Positions 9,382 through 19,061 of a DNA stretch of 64,000 nt are shown one piece after another. The translations under genes were made by a program, and so were the position numbers. Each line of letters starts with the position of its first letter. Within the stretch, counting starts at the first letter, position 1. The notes under the pieces are model-generated. The model saw only the letters and a program-made list of their open reading frames with translations. It did no database searches and was not told the DNA's origin. This DNA comes from Candidatus Staskawiczbacteria bacterium (GTDB taxonomy: Bacteria > Patescibacteriota > Minisyncoccia > Minisyncoccales > Staskawiczbacteraceae), in contig CAIYRH010000007.1 of the NCBI GenBank assembly GCA_903928565.1, forward strand, positions 14,139-78,138, in the 5' to 3' direction.

Positions 9382-10103
9382 GCGGACATAGTCATGCAAA
9401 AACAGTTATGGCCACAAAAATGGCCAACGATGCAAAAAAGGGCAAAGTTTATTCTAAATATGGCCGGCTAATTACTATTGCCGTAAAAGACGGTGGCGGT
9501 TCTGGTGACCCACTAAAAAATTCTAAACTAAAAGCAATAATAGAGCAAGCAAAAAATGCCAATATGCCTAAGGAAAATATTGAAAGGGCCATTAAAAAGG
9601 GCACCGGAGAATTGGCGGGCGAAAGTTTAGAAGAAGTTTCTTTTGAGGGTTTTGGACCAGGAGGAATTGCCTTAATAATTAATGGCATTACGGACAACAC
9701 CAACCGAACCTTGGGTGAAATAAGATCAATTTTAAACCAGAACAATGGTAAAATTGCTGGTGAGGGAGCTGTTAGGTGGATGTTTGAAAGAAAGGGAGCT
9801 ATAACTGTTAAGACCGAAGGCAAATCAAAAGAAGAAATAGAGTTGTTGGCCATAGAATTGGGTGCCGATGACGTTTCATCTAACGGCGACACAATTGATA
9901 TTTATACTCAGCCTGAAAATTTAGACAATTTAAAAAAGGCACTGGACGAAAAACAGATTATAATTGAATCTTCATCAATTGATTTTGTTGCAAAAGAAGA
10001 AGTAACTCTTTCTGAGCGCGAAAAAGAGCAAGCTGAAAAACTTTTTGAGTCACTAGACGACAACGACGCAGTAAACGATATTTACTCAAATATCAAAAAC
10101 TAA
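9378..10103 (+). CDS. yebC: YebC/PmpR family protein
   Basis: MSGHS, NMPKENIERAIKK, EGFGPGG, TDNTNRT. Confidence 0.95.
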   Translation: MSGHSHAKTVMATKMANDAKKGKVYSKYGRLITIAVKDGGGSGDPLKNSKLKAIIEQAKNANMPKENIERAIKKGTGELAGESLEEVSFEGFGPGGIALIINGITDNTNRTLGEIRSILNQNNGKIAGEGAVRWMFERKGAITVKTEGKSKEEIELLAIELGADDVSSNGDTIDIYTQPENLDNLKKALDEKQIIIESSSIDFVAKEEVTLSEREKEQAEKLFESLDDNDAVNDIYSNIKN

Positions 10104-10108
10104 TCTCA

Positions 10109-10612
10109 ATGATAATATTAGGAATTGACCCGGGCTCTGTAATTACCGGGTATTCTATTCTCAAAAAAAATAAGGGCAATTCCCCCACCGAGCAATTTGA
10201 AGTGATAGATTTTGGGTGCATAATAACAGATAAATTTTCAACAACAGGAGACGGCCTTAAGCAAATTTATAAAGAAATTACCAAACTCATAGAAAAATAT
10301 AAACCAAATGTAATGTCTGTTGAAAGACTTTTTTTCTTTAAAAATGTAAAAACAGTAATGCCCGTAAGCCAAACCAAAGGTGTTATTTTACTGGCTGCTG
10401 CTGAAAAAAAATTGCCCGTTTATGAATTTACTCCCCTACAAATGAAGATGGCCATTGCTGGTTATGGCAGAGCAGAAAAAAAACAGGTTCAGAAGATGAT
10501 TAAGAAAACGGTGAATATTGAACACTTTGACTTAACTAAAAATAATAGAAAAAAGGACGATGCTTTTGACGCCATTGGCATAGCAATTTGTGCCGCACTA
10601 AAAACATATTAG
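10109..10612 (+). CDS. ruvC: Holliday junction resolvase RuvC
   Basis: ILGIDPG, VERLFF, GYGRAEKKQV, DDAFDA. Confidence 0.95.
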   Translation: MIILGIDPGSVITGYSILKKNKGNSPTEQFEVIDFGCIITDKFSTTGDGLKQIYKEITKLIEKYKPNVMSVERLFFFKNVKTVMPVSQTKGVILLAAAEKKLPVYEFTPLQMKMAIAGYGRAEKKQVQKMIKKTVNIEHFDLTKNNRKKDDAFDAIGIAICAALKTY

Positions 10613-10632
10613 CATGTGTGGAGAAAGAACGC

Positions 10633-10660
10633 TTGACAATAGTTGTTTAAAAAATATAAT
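10633..10660 (+). promoter_or_regulatory. Sigma70 promoter
   Basis: TTGACA-N16-TATAAT. Confidence 0.75.
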
Positions 10661-10692
10661 GGATTAAATATAATTAAAAATATTATAAAAAA

Positions 10693-10851
10693 ATGGAAGA
10701 GGAATTTTTAACAAAGCTTATAAACGAAGATGACGACCTAGAAGACACCAACTGGGACGACGGTGCCACAGATGACGACAAAGATGACGATGACGACGAC
10801 ACCGATGACGACACCGATGACGTTGAAGATCCAGAAGAGGAAGAAGAATAA
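10693..10851 (+). CDS. 52-aa hyperacidic microprotein
   Basis: Manual translation MEEEFLTKLINEDDDLEDTNWDDGATDDDKDDDDDDTDDDTDDVEDPEEEEE; own promoter and terminator; below ORF-track cutoff. Confidence 0.75.
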   Translation: MEEEFLTKLINEDDDLEDTNWDDGATDDDKDDDDDDTDDDTDDVEDPEEEEE

Positions 10852-10867
10852 AAAATGTTAAAAAATT

Positions 10868-10891
10868 TCCGCCGTTTAGGGCGGATTTTTT
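10868..10891 (+). terminator. Intrinsic terminator
   Basis: tccgcc-gtttag-ggcgga-tttttt. Confidence 0.8.
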
Positions 10892-10953
10892 GTTTGTGTT
10901 TTCCTTTCAAAAAATGTCCTTTTAGAGTATAATGTATCAATATTTAAAAAACC

Positions 10954-13116
10954 ATGAAAAAGTTTAATTTTTTAAACAAAATAAAAAATAAGAAAGTTTG
11001 GTCTTACATTATAAAGAATTTAGTCTTTTTATTTTTAGGGTGTTGCGCCTTTATTCTGGCGCTGTTTGTTTATTACACCTGGAATTTACCACAACCAGAA
11101 AAGTTTATAGAAACGCCATTTATACAGTCTACAAAAATTTATGACAACACAGGAAAGGTTTTGCTTTACGATATTTATGGAGAAGAGAAAAGAGAAATAG
11201 TCTCTTTTGATAAAATTTCCGACAATCTAAAACATGCCGTGCTTGCATCGGAAGATTCTAGATTTTACCAACATGGAGGAATTGATATTATTGGAATATT
11301 AAGGGCAGTTTGGATTGATGTCACCCATCAATCTAAAAGCCAGGGCGGGTCTACCCTAACCCAACAATTAATACGGTCTGTATACCTTACAAACCAAAAA
11401 AGTGTTTCCAGAAAAATTAAGGAAATTGTTTTGAGCGTAGAATTAGATAATAAATATTCTAAAGACCAAATATTTGATTGGTACTTAAACGAAATTCCTT
11501 TTGGAGAAAATGCTTATGGTGCCGAATCGGCCAGCCAAACTTATTTTAGTATACCAGCCTCGGATTTGTCAGCGGCACAAGCGGCCACTTTAACGGCAAT
11601 GATTACTGGCCCAAGTTATTATTCTCCTTACGGCGCAAACAAAGCAGAACTCTTGCAACGGAAAGACATCATTTTAGATAAAATGCAAAAACTAGGCTTT
11701 ATAACAAACCAACAATTAATAAGTGCTAAAAACGAAAAAATTACTTTTACTCAAAATACAAAAGCCATAAAGGCACCAGACTTTGTAATGTATGTTAAAA
11801 AATATTTAGACAATAAATATGGTGAAGATTATTTAAAAGAAAAAGGATTGCGTGTTTACACCTCTTTAAATTGGGACATTCAAGAATATGCCGAACAAGT
11901 AATTAAAGACGCTGAGAAGACTAGTATAAGCAAAGGGGCATATAATGCCGCCATGGTTGTTTTAGACCCTAAGACCGGGCAAATTTTAGCACTGATAGGG
12001 TCAAGAGATTACTTTGCGCCGTCATACCCTGAAGGTTGCGACGAAAAGGGTCCGGGAAATTGTTTATTTGAACCAAAATACGATGTAGCAACAATGGGTC
12101 AAAGACAACCAGGTTCGTCTTTTAAACCAATTGTTTATGCAACCGCTTTTAAAAAAGGTTACACGCCAAGCACAGTTTTATGGGATGTTAAAACCGAATT
12201 TAATCCCGCTTGTGATGCCAGTGGAGATGCAACAACCGGTTCAGATGGAAGTAGGTGTTATAATCCACAAGATTATGACAACCTAAACCGCGGACCAATG
12301 ACTTTGCGCACCGCACTTGATTGTTCGTTAAACATTCCTGCGGTAAAAGTTTTATATTTGGCTGGAATTAAAGATTCTCTGCAAACTGCAAAAGACCTTG
12401 GCATTTCAACGCTCACCGATGTTAATAATTATGGATTATCTTTAGTGTTGGGCGGAGGAGATGTAAATTTATTAGAGTTAACTTCGGCATATGGAGTATT
12501 TGCAACAGAAGGAAATTATATTCCACCAATAAGTATTCTAAAAATAACCGATGCCAATGGAAATATTATTGAGCAAAGCAATGAACAACCAACAAAAGTT
12601 TTAGACACTCAAGTGGCGCGACAAATTAACGATGTTTTATCTGATAATAATGCAAGGGCTCCAATTTTTGGACTTAATTCCCCCTTGCATGTGGCTGGTT
12701 ACCAAGTAGCTGCTAAAACTGGTACAACTCAACGATATGTAGACGGTTGGACAATGGGTTACACCCCTTTTGTTGTTATAGGTTCTTGGACAGGAAATAA
12801 TAATAATGTGCCCACAAAAGATGAAGGTATTGGAGTTACGGCTCCCATGTGGAATAAAGTTATGCAAAAAATAGTTAGCTCTCACCCCGTTGAAAACTTT
12901 ACACCGCCAAATCCAATAACAGAAAGAAGCCCCGTATTATTAGGGCAATTACCTGCGGGTGACACAAACACAATTTTATATTATGTTGATAAAAATAATC
13001 CCACGGGTCCTGCGCCACAAAATCCTTCGGCCGATCCAGAATACTATTTATGGCAAACTGGAATTAACAGCTGGTTGTCGAATAATATTACTACCGATTT
13101 GCCTCCCGGAAGTTAA
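10954..13116 (+). CDS. Class A penicillin-binding protein (PBP1A family)
   Basis: EDSRF, GGSTLTQQ, RKIKE; SSFK, SLN, KTGT motifs. Confidence 0.95.
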   Translation: MKKFNFLNKIKNKKVWSYIIKNLVFLFLGCCAFILALFVYYTWNLPQPEKFIETPFIQSTKIYDNTGKVLLYDIYGEEKREIVSFDKISDNLKHAVLASEDSRFYQHGGIDIIGILRAVWIDVTHQSKSQGGSTLTQQLIRSVYLTNQKSVSRKIKEIVLSVELDNKYSKDQIFDWYLNEIPFGENAYGAESASQTYFSIPASDLSAAQAATLTAMITGPSYYSPYGANKAELLQRKDIILDKMQKLGFITNQQLISAKNEKITFTQNTKAIKAPDFVMYVKKYLDNKYGEDYLKEKGLRVYTSLNWDIQEYAEQVIKDAEKTSISKGAYNAAMVVLDPKTGQILALIGSRDYFAPSYPEGCDEKGPGNCLFEPKYDVATMGQRQPGSSFKPIVYATAFKKGYTPSTVLWDVKTEFNPACDASGDATTGSDGSRCYNPQDYDNLNRGPMTLRTALDCSLNIPAVKVLYLAGIKDSLQTAKDLGISTLTDVNNYGLSLVLGGGDVNLLELTSAYGVFATEGNYIPPISILKITDANGNIIEQSNEQPTKVLDTQVARQINDVLSDNNARAPIFGLNSPLHVAGYQVAAKTGTTQRYVDGWTMGYTPFVVIGSWTGNNNNVPTKDEGIGVTAPMWNKVMQKIVSSHPVENFTPPNPITERSPVLLGQLPAGDTNTILYYVDKNNPTGPAPQNPSADPEYYLWQTGINSWLSNNITTDLPPGS

Positions 13117-13124
13117 TCTAAACA

Positions 13125-13152
13125 AAAAACACCTCATTTACGAGGTGTTTTT
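13125..13152. terminator. Bidirectional intrinsic terminator
   Basis: aaaaacacctc-atttac-gaggtgttttt. Confidence 0.85.
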
Positions 13153-13159
13153 AATTAGA

Positions 13160-14290
13160 CTAAACCTGTGTAGATTTAATTGGCATTACCACATAAATGT
13201 AACTAGCGTCTCCAACTGGCTTTAAAATGCATGGCCCATCTTCCTTGCTAAGATCAAACATCACCTCAGAACTTTTAATGTTTAACAGGCCTTCAGACAA
13301 AAATTTAAAGTTAAACGACGCCTCAATGCTTTCTCCTTCAACTTTAGATTCTATACTAGATCTGCTCTCACCCACATCTGGATCTTGTGCATATATTTCA
13401 ACTTCTTTTTTTTCTGCATCAACTTTTATTTTTATTTCATTAATTTTTCCAGAAAAAAGTGATGCAGCCTTAATTTGATTTAAAAATTCATCTCTTTTAA
13501 TAACAACGTGAGTTTTAAATTTTTTAGGAATAATTTCTTCATAGTTTGGGTATTCGCCCTCAATTAATCTAGAAATTATTTGAATTTGGGGCCTGGGCGC
13601 ATCTTTCATGGGAGACTCAAACATTACCTGGCTAGTGGAAAAATATATTTTTGTTTTACCTTCTTTTTCGCCCAGAATATTAATAATTTCTTTAGCGGGC
13701 TTTTGAGGCAAAATAAATGTTACTTCTTTTTTAATTGGCTCTTCTGGCGTTAAGTTTTTTTCTGCTAATCTAAAGCTGTCCGTAGCAACAATTTTTATTG
13801 AGTTTTTTGAAAAAATAAAATAAATTCCAGAGATTTCTGGCCTAGACTGAGATGGCGAGGCGACATCAACAATTTGAGCGAGCCCTTGGCAAAATTTTCT
13901 GTTATCAACTTCTATAAATTCTAAATTTTTAAATTCTGGAATTAGCGGAAATTCTTCTGGACTAAACCCTTGAATTTGGTTTTTAAAACTATTGCACTCA
14001 ATATACAACCCTTGCTTTTTCTCTTCTAAAATAATTTTTTCGTTAGGCAATAATGAAACAAAGTTGGAAAAAAATCTGGCGGGCACAACTGCTTTTCCTT
14101 TTTTAATTATTTTAGTTAATATCCACAACTTTACAGCAGTTTCAAGATCTGTAGAGCTTAAACTTAAAAAACTGTCTTCTGTGTCAATTAATACATTGTC
14201 TAAAATTGGCAATGAAGGGTTTTTGCCCACAATCTTTTCAACAATACTTAATCCGTTTTTTAAATTTTCTTTTAATATTTCTACTTTCAT
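13160..14290 (-). CDS. dnaN: DNA polymerase III beta clamp
   Basis: STDLE, ATDSFRL, LIEGEYPNY, VVMPI; downstream of dnaA. Confidence 0.97.
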   Translation of the reverse strand: MKVEILKENLKNGLSIVEKIVGKNPSLPILDNVLIDTEDSFLSLSSTDLETAVKLWILTKIIKKGKAVVPARFFSNFVSLLPNEKIILEEKKQGLYIECNSFKNQIQGFSPEEFPLIPEFKNLEFIEVDNRKFCQGLAQIVDVASPSQSRPEISGIYFIFSKNSIKIVATDSFRLAEKNLTPEEPIKKEVTFILPQKPAKEIINILGEKEGKTKIYFSTSQVMFESPMKDAPRPQIQIISRLIEGEYPNYEEIIPKKFKTHVVIKRDEFLNQIKAASLFSGKINEIKIKVDAEKKEVEIYAQDPDVGESRSSIESKVEGESIEASFNFKFLSEGLLNIKSSEVMFDLSKEDGPCILKPVGDASYIYVVMPIKSTQV

Positions 14291-14503
14291 AATTAATTAT
14301 GATTAATATATTATTAATCTTATTGTTATTATGTGGAAAATTTTTTAAGTTTTTTAAAAAATAAATAGTCTTAAATATATTTTATTTCCCTAGTAATTTT
14401 TTTGTGGAAAAGTTGTGGAAAGCTTATATAAATAGAATGTGTAAATTGTATTGTCTGTTTTGGCTATGTAAATTATTAGATTATTTAACACCAGTTATCC
14501 ACT
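14291..14503. other. Probable oriC (dnaA-dnaN intergenic part)
   Basis: Very AT-rich, with DnaA-box-like TGTGGAAAA (14332, 14403), TGTGGAAAG (14414) and TTATCCACT (14495). Confidence 0.7.
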
Positions 14504-15850
14504 ATATATTCTCTGTTTTATTAAGTTTAATTCTTCGGTTAATTTGTTGTTTTCTTCGTTTTCTTGCAGTATTTTTTTGTAGGCATAAATGGCGGTGGTG
14601 TGATCTTTGCCTCCAAATTTTCTTGCTATGGCAGGAAAAGAATACTTTAATTCTTTTCGTAGTAGAAACATAGCAATTTGTCTTGGCTTAACAATTTCCT
14701 TTCTTCTTGTTGGGTCAAATAAGTTTTTTTCTTCTAAATTGTAGAATTTTGCAACCGTTTCAATAATTTTTTTATAATTAGCTACATCAAATGGTGAAAA
14801 AACAAAGCCACGTAATAGTTTTTTTGTTGTTTCAACATTGAGGTTTGGGTTTATTTTGCCATGAATTAAAATTTTGTTTAGGGCGCCTTCTAATTCTCTA
14901 ATATTTTTTTTAACATTGGCTGCAATATAATCTAACACCTCTTCTGGCAAGTCGGCGTTTTTTTCTTGAAGCTTGGTTTTTAAAATAACAAGCCTTGTTT
15001 CGTAGTCTGGCAAGCTTACGTCGGCTATCATTCCCCCCTCAAATCTTGATCTTAGTCTGTCTTCTAGTTCGGCAATAGCATTTGGTGGCCTGTCTGAAGA
15101 AAGAATAATTTGTTTATTTTTTTCGTAAAGAGAATTAAATATGTGAAAAAATTCTTCTTGGCTTTTATTTTTTCCGGCTATAAACTGGATGTCGTCTAAA
15201 ATTAAAATATCAATTGGAGCTAGGCTTGCCTTAAAAGCTTCCATGGTGTTTGTTCTAATAGCAGAAACTATGCTGGAAACAAATTTTTCTGAAGAAATAT
15301 ATTTTATCTTTTTCTTTTTTGCCTCATCATTTATTTTGTTTCCAATGGCCTGAATTAAATGTGTTTTGCCTAAACCCGTCCCGCCATAAATAAATAAGGG
15401 GTTGTAAGTATAGCCCGGGTTGTCGGCTACGGCCATGGCGGCAGCATGTGCCAACTCATTAAAAGAACCCACAACAAAGCTGGCAAAAGTGTATCGTGGA
15501 TTTAAGTTGGTATCTTTATTTATTTTAAATTCTTCAAATTTTAATTGAATTTCTTCTTGTTCTTCTCTGCCGGTGGGCGTTTTGAGAACGGCATTCTTTA
15601 TGGGTTGCGGTTTTATAACAAATTCCAACTCCCTTATGGTGTCATCAATATCGTGAAGAGTCTTTAATATTAATTTGTTATATTTATTGCTCAGCCACTC
15701 TTTAGAAAAAGCATTTGGTACAGAAATGATTATCTTTTCATTGTCTTTAGAGATAATTTCGGTATTTTGGAACCAAGTAGCAAAATTAGCTCTAGAGATG
15801 TGAAATTGCATCTGGGCCAAGACTGATTGCCATAATTCAACGTTATTCAT
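14495..15850 (-). CDS. dnaA: Chromosomal replication initiator DnaA
   Basis: YNPLFIYGGTGLGKTHL, DDIQF, RELEGA, KDHTT; start taken at MNNVELWQ. Confidence 0.97.
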   Translation of the reverse strand: MNNVELWQSVLAQMQFHISRANFATWFQNTEIISKDNEKIIISVPNAFSKEWLSNKYNKLILKTLHDIDDTIRELEFVIKPQPIKNAVLKTPTGREEQEEIQLKFEEFKINKDTNLNPRYTFASFVVGSFNELAHAAAMAVADNPGYTYNPLFIYGGTGLGKTHLIQAIGNKINDEAKKKKIKYISSEKFVSSIVSAIRTNTMEAFKASLAPIDILILDDIQFIAGKNKSQEEFFHIFNSLYEKNKQIILSSDRPPNAIAELEDRLRSRFEGGMIADVSLPDYETRLVILKTKLQEKNADLPEEVLDYIAANVKKNIRELEGALNKILIHGKINPNLNVETTKKLLRGFVFSPFDVANYKKIIETVAKFYNLEEKNLFDPTRRKEIVKPRQIAMFLLRKELKYSFPAIARKFGGKDHTTAIYAYKKILQENEENNKLTEELNLIKQRIYSG

Positions 15851-15919
15851 AATTGTATTTTTCCCTTTTATTAACCCTTTGTCAACACATAGGGAAGACA
15901 AAGAAGGCTGTTATTAACA

Positions 15920-15928
15920 TGTGGATAA
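15920..15928. promoter_or_regulatory. Perfect DnaA box upstream of dnaA
   Basis: TGTGGATAA in the dnaA-rpmH intergenic region. Confidence 0.8.
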
Positions 15929-16031
15929 CTTGTGAGATTGGAATATACAGAGACGCACAATAACAAATCTTGTAAAAGTAAGTCTTTTGGGCTATAATGG
16001 CTATATTATATATTAACTAAAAAAAGATACA

Positions 16032-16166
16032 ATGAGCAAGACATATCAGCCGAAAAAGAAGAAACGTGCAAACACCCACGGTTTCCTAAGAAGAAAGAAA
16101 ACAAAAACCGGTAAACAGGTTATGCAAAAAAGAAGAAGAAAAGGCAGAGCTAAAATAACTGTTTAA
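16032..16166 (+). CDS. rpmH: 50S ribosomal protein L34
   Basis: Manual translation MSKTYQPKKKKRANTHGFLRR...RRRKGRAKITV; canonical position. Confidence 0.95.
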   Translation: MSKTYQPKKKKRANTHGFLRRKKTKTGKQVMQKRRRKGRAKITV

Positions 16167-16173
16167 TTTTTTA

Positions 16174-16518
16174 ATGCTACCCAAAGTAAACAGAATAAGA
16201 AAGAAAAAAGATTTTGAGGCAATTTTTAAAAATTCTAAGAGCTTTAAAAACAACCTCTTTATTTTTAAAATTGCAAAAAACAACTTAGGCATTAACAGAT
16301 TTGGATTTGTTGTTAGCCAGAAGGTTTCTAAAAAAGCAGTTGTTAGAAATAAGATTAGAAGAAGGTTGTCGGAAATAATAAAGGCAAAATTTCATACTAT
16401 AAAGAATGGCACAGACATTGTTATAATTGCACTGCCAGGAATTGATAAAAGAGAATTTTCTGAAATGAACGAAGGGGTGGAAAAAACAATTATTAAATTA
16501 GGACTTATTTTAAAATAA
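16174..16518 (+). CDS. rnpA: RNase P protein component
   Basis: RFGFVVSQKVSKKAVVRNKIRRR. Confidence 0.95.
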   Translation: MLPKVNRIRKKKDFEAIFKNSKSFKNNLFIFKIAKNNLGINRFGFVVSQKVSKKAVVRNKIRRRLSEIIKAKFHTIKNGTDIVIIALPGIDKREFSEMNEGVEKTIIKLGLILK

Positions 16519-16521
16519 AAA

Positions 16522-17262
16522 ATGTTTCAATCTATAGTAAATTTTTTTTATATTATATTATACCAGCCATTATTTAATTTATTGGTATGGCTGTATAATT
16601 CTACGCCCGGGCACGATTTTGGCATTGCAATAATTCTTTTAACAATTATTATTAGGGTTGTGCTCTACCCCACTTCCGTGAAGGCTGTAAAATCGCAAAA
16701 AGGTTTGCAAAAGTTGCAACCTTTAATGAAAGAAATTCAAGAAAAATATAAAGACGATAAAGAAAAGCAGGCAAAAGAAATGTTGGCTCTTTATAAAAGA
16801 GAAAAAATAAATCCCTTTTCTGGATTACTTCTCACGTTTATACAAATACCAATCTTAATAGCGCTTTACCGAGTTTTTTGGGACGGGCTTAACCAGAAAA
16901 AATTAACCGTTTTATATAGCTTTGTAGCTAATCCAATTCAAATAAACCCTCTATTTTTACATTTGGTAAATTTATCTAAGCCAAACATAATTCTTGCTAT
17001 ATTGGCAGGAATAACCCAGTATTTCCAGACAAAAATGTTGCTTCCTAAACACCAAATTGACCCGGCCAAGAAGAGCAAAGAAGTTGATGTTTCACAAATG
17101 ATGCAAAAACAGATGGTTTATTTTATGCCAGTTATTACCGTTATAATTCTTTTAGGATTGCCTTCTGCACTAGGATTATATTGGACAGTAAGCGGAATAT
17201 TTTCTGTAATTCAACAGTACTTTATATTTAAGAAGAAAAAACCAGAATTAGCAAAAATTTAA
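16522..17262 (+). CDS. yidC: Membrane protein insertase YidC/Oxa1
   Basis: INPFSG, QIPIL, LGLYW; synteny. Confidence 0.93.
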   Translation: MFQSIVNFFYIILYQPLFNLLVWLYNSTPGHDFGIAIILLTIIIRVVLYPTSVKAVKSQKGLQKLQPLMKEIQEKYKDDKEKQAKEMLALYKREKINPFSGLLLTFIQIPILIALYRVFWDGLNQKKLTVLYSFVANPIQINPLFLHLVNLSKPNIILAILAGITQYFQTKMLLPKHQIDPAKKSKEVDVSQMMQKQMVYFMPVITVIILLGLPSALGLYWTVSGIFSVIQQYFIFKKKKPELAKI

Positions 17263-17265
17263 AAC

Positions 17266-17742
17266 ATGGAAGATCAAGAAAAAAAAATAAAAGAAGCGGT
17301 TTCAGAATTTTTTGAAAAAATGACAATGCCGGTTTTAGATGTGGCCGTTGAATTTTCTTTTGTTGAAAAAGGCGAGGAGAAAACTGAAGTTATTAGTTTG
17401 GACATAAAAATAGACGATCCGCCTGTTTTGATTGGTCAGCAGGGGCAAACACTTTTTGAAATTCAGCGTATTTTGAGAATGGTTTTGAATAAAAAATTAG
17501 GGAAAACATTTTATTTAAATTTAGATATAGACGGTTATAAGAAAAAGAAAATAGAATATTTGAAATATTTAGTTAAAGATTATGCCGACAGTGTTGCAAT
17601 GACTGGAAAAGAAAAAGAGCTTTTACCAATGTCTGCCTACGAAAGAAGAATTGTTCATGCAGAGTTGTCCCAACGAACAGATGTAAAAACGGAAAGCCGT
17701 GGCGAAGGGTCAGAAAGGCACATAGTAATAACGCCAAAGTAA
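17266..17742 (+). CDS. jag: Jag/EloR-like KH-R3H protein
   Basis: LIGQQGQTL KH motif, PMSAYERRIVH R3H motif. Confidence 0.88.
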   Translation: MEDQEKKIKEAVSEFFEKMTMPVLDVAVEFSFVEKGEEKTEVISLDIKIDDPPVLIGQQGQTLFEIQRILRMVLNKKLGKTFYLNLDIDGYKKKKIEYLKYLVKDYADSVAMTGKEKELLPMSAYERRIVHAELSQRTDVKTESRGEGSERHIVITPK

Positions 17743-17751
17743 ATTTAAATT

Positions 17752-17780
17752 AAAACTGCCCCAATAAAGGGCAGTTTTTT
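17752..17780. terminator. Bidirectional intrinsic terminator
   Basis: aaaactgccc-caataaa-gggcagtttttt. Confidence 0.85.
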
Positions 17781-17787
17781 GATGAAA

Positions 17788-19050
17788 TTATTTAATTGGA
17801 GTAATAACCGGTGCTAACGATTGCGGCGCGGCTAGGGGTGGTTTTATGGGAATAATGGCTACGGCGTTGGGTACTCTGCTTGAACTGTTTCTAATAAGTT
17901 CCCATTTTATTTGACGTGGGCCTATTCTATTTACGTCGTTGGTTGTTGGAAATTCCTGGCAAAAAGACCATGGTCCACCATCATCAGATTGGGCAGTTTC
18001 TTCTGGTGAAACATAAACAAGCAAAACAAGATAATTACCGTCTATTATTATGGAAGAAATGTTTTCCCCTGCCAGAGTTGGCGGGGTTCTTGCCCCAGGT
18101 TCGCACCTTCCCTCTTTATCATATTTTGTGCACTCTTGTTCGGTTTCATCAACCCCTTCAAAGGTTAAATCATCAAGGTTGGCTACATAAATGCCGTTTA
18201 TTGCATCATTTTTAACTTCGTAATAGCCGCCCATTGATTTTGAAGTTGGTTGGGGTACATTGCCATTTGCATCGGGCGGGCCTGTTGGGTTTTTAACATC
18301 GCCGCTTTTATTACTGCAATGTTCAATTAAGTCTTTGACTTTGTTATAGTAAGGTTTGTCATTTAAGCAGGGTTTGCGGAAGAAATAAACGCCTTCTCCA
18401 TTTGGGTTGGGGTCATATTCATAAATGGAGGCAGAAGACACGAAGTTGCCAGTTTCGGCACATTTTTTTTTACCATTAAAATATTGGCATTTACCCCAAA
18501 AATTTGGATTTTCATAGGTAATTGTAAAAAAGGAATGGCCGTTTGCCGTGTCTGCTACTACGTCAACTTTTTTAAGGTTGTTCTTTTTTAGTTTTGTTCC
18601 CAAATCTTCAATATTTGAAACGAATGGAGTTGCAGAGTTGTCGTCGCAATTGTCTGCATTATAAAAATAAACGCCTGGTAGTTTTTGCGCGGCAACAGGC
18701 TGTAGAGAAACATCTTGTAATTTATCTATGTTAAAAATGTTTAATTGGGGATTTATGGTGGTAATAATTAAATATGTCAAAACCAAAATAAGCAAACCAG
18801 AAATGGCGCTAAAAATTCTGTCTTTAGCTTCTCTTTGAAGTTCGGGCTTTGCAGCAGACAAAAAATACATTATTCCTGCAATAACCAGGCCAAATAAAAC
18901 GGCAATAAAGCCAATGGTCATTCCGGCGCTAAACATATATTTTATGTAACTTGGAAGATCGGTGACAGTTGCCGCATTTTGTCCTGCTATATTTGGAAGT
19001 GTTGGATATTGAACTTCTAGGTTGGCAACGGCCAAAATTTTATTTATCAT
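17788..19050 (-). CDS. VirB2/TrbC-like pilin domain fused to a Cys-containing extracellular domain
   Basis: Two TM helices with AKDRI...GL...IITTINP, then PGVYFY..C domain. Confidence 0.65.
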   Translation of the reverse strand: MINKILAVANLEVQYPTLPNIAGQNAATVTDLPSYIKYMFSAGMTIGFIAVLFGLVIAGIMYFLSAAKPELQREAKDRIFSAISGLLILVLTYLIITTINPQLNIFNIDKLQDVSLQPVAAQKLPGVYFYNADNCDDNSATPFVSNIEDLGTKLKKNNLKKVDVVADTANGHSFFTITYENPNFWGKCQYFNGKKKCAETGNFVSSASIYEYDPNPNGEGVYFFRKPCLNDKPYYNKVKDLIEHCSNKSGDVKNPTGPPDANGNVPQPTSKSMGGYYEVKNDAINGIYVANLDDLTFEGVDETEQECTKYDKEGRCEPGARTPPTLAGENISSIIIDGNYLVLLVYVSPEETAQSDDGGPWSFCQEFPTTNDVNRIGPRQIKWELIRNSSSRVPNAVAIIPIKPPLAAPQSLAPVITPIK

Positions 19051-19061
19051 CGAAATTGTAT

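Noticed and set aside
10683..10940. Ser-rich minus-strand ORF
   Set aside because: Shadow of the Asp/Glu codons of the + strand microprotein, which has the promoter and terminator.
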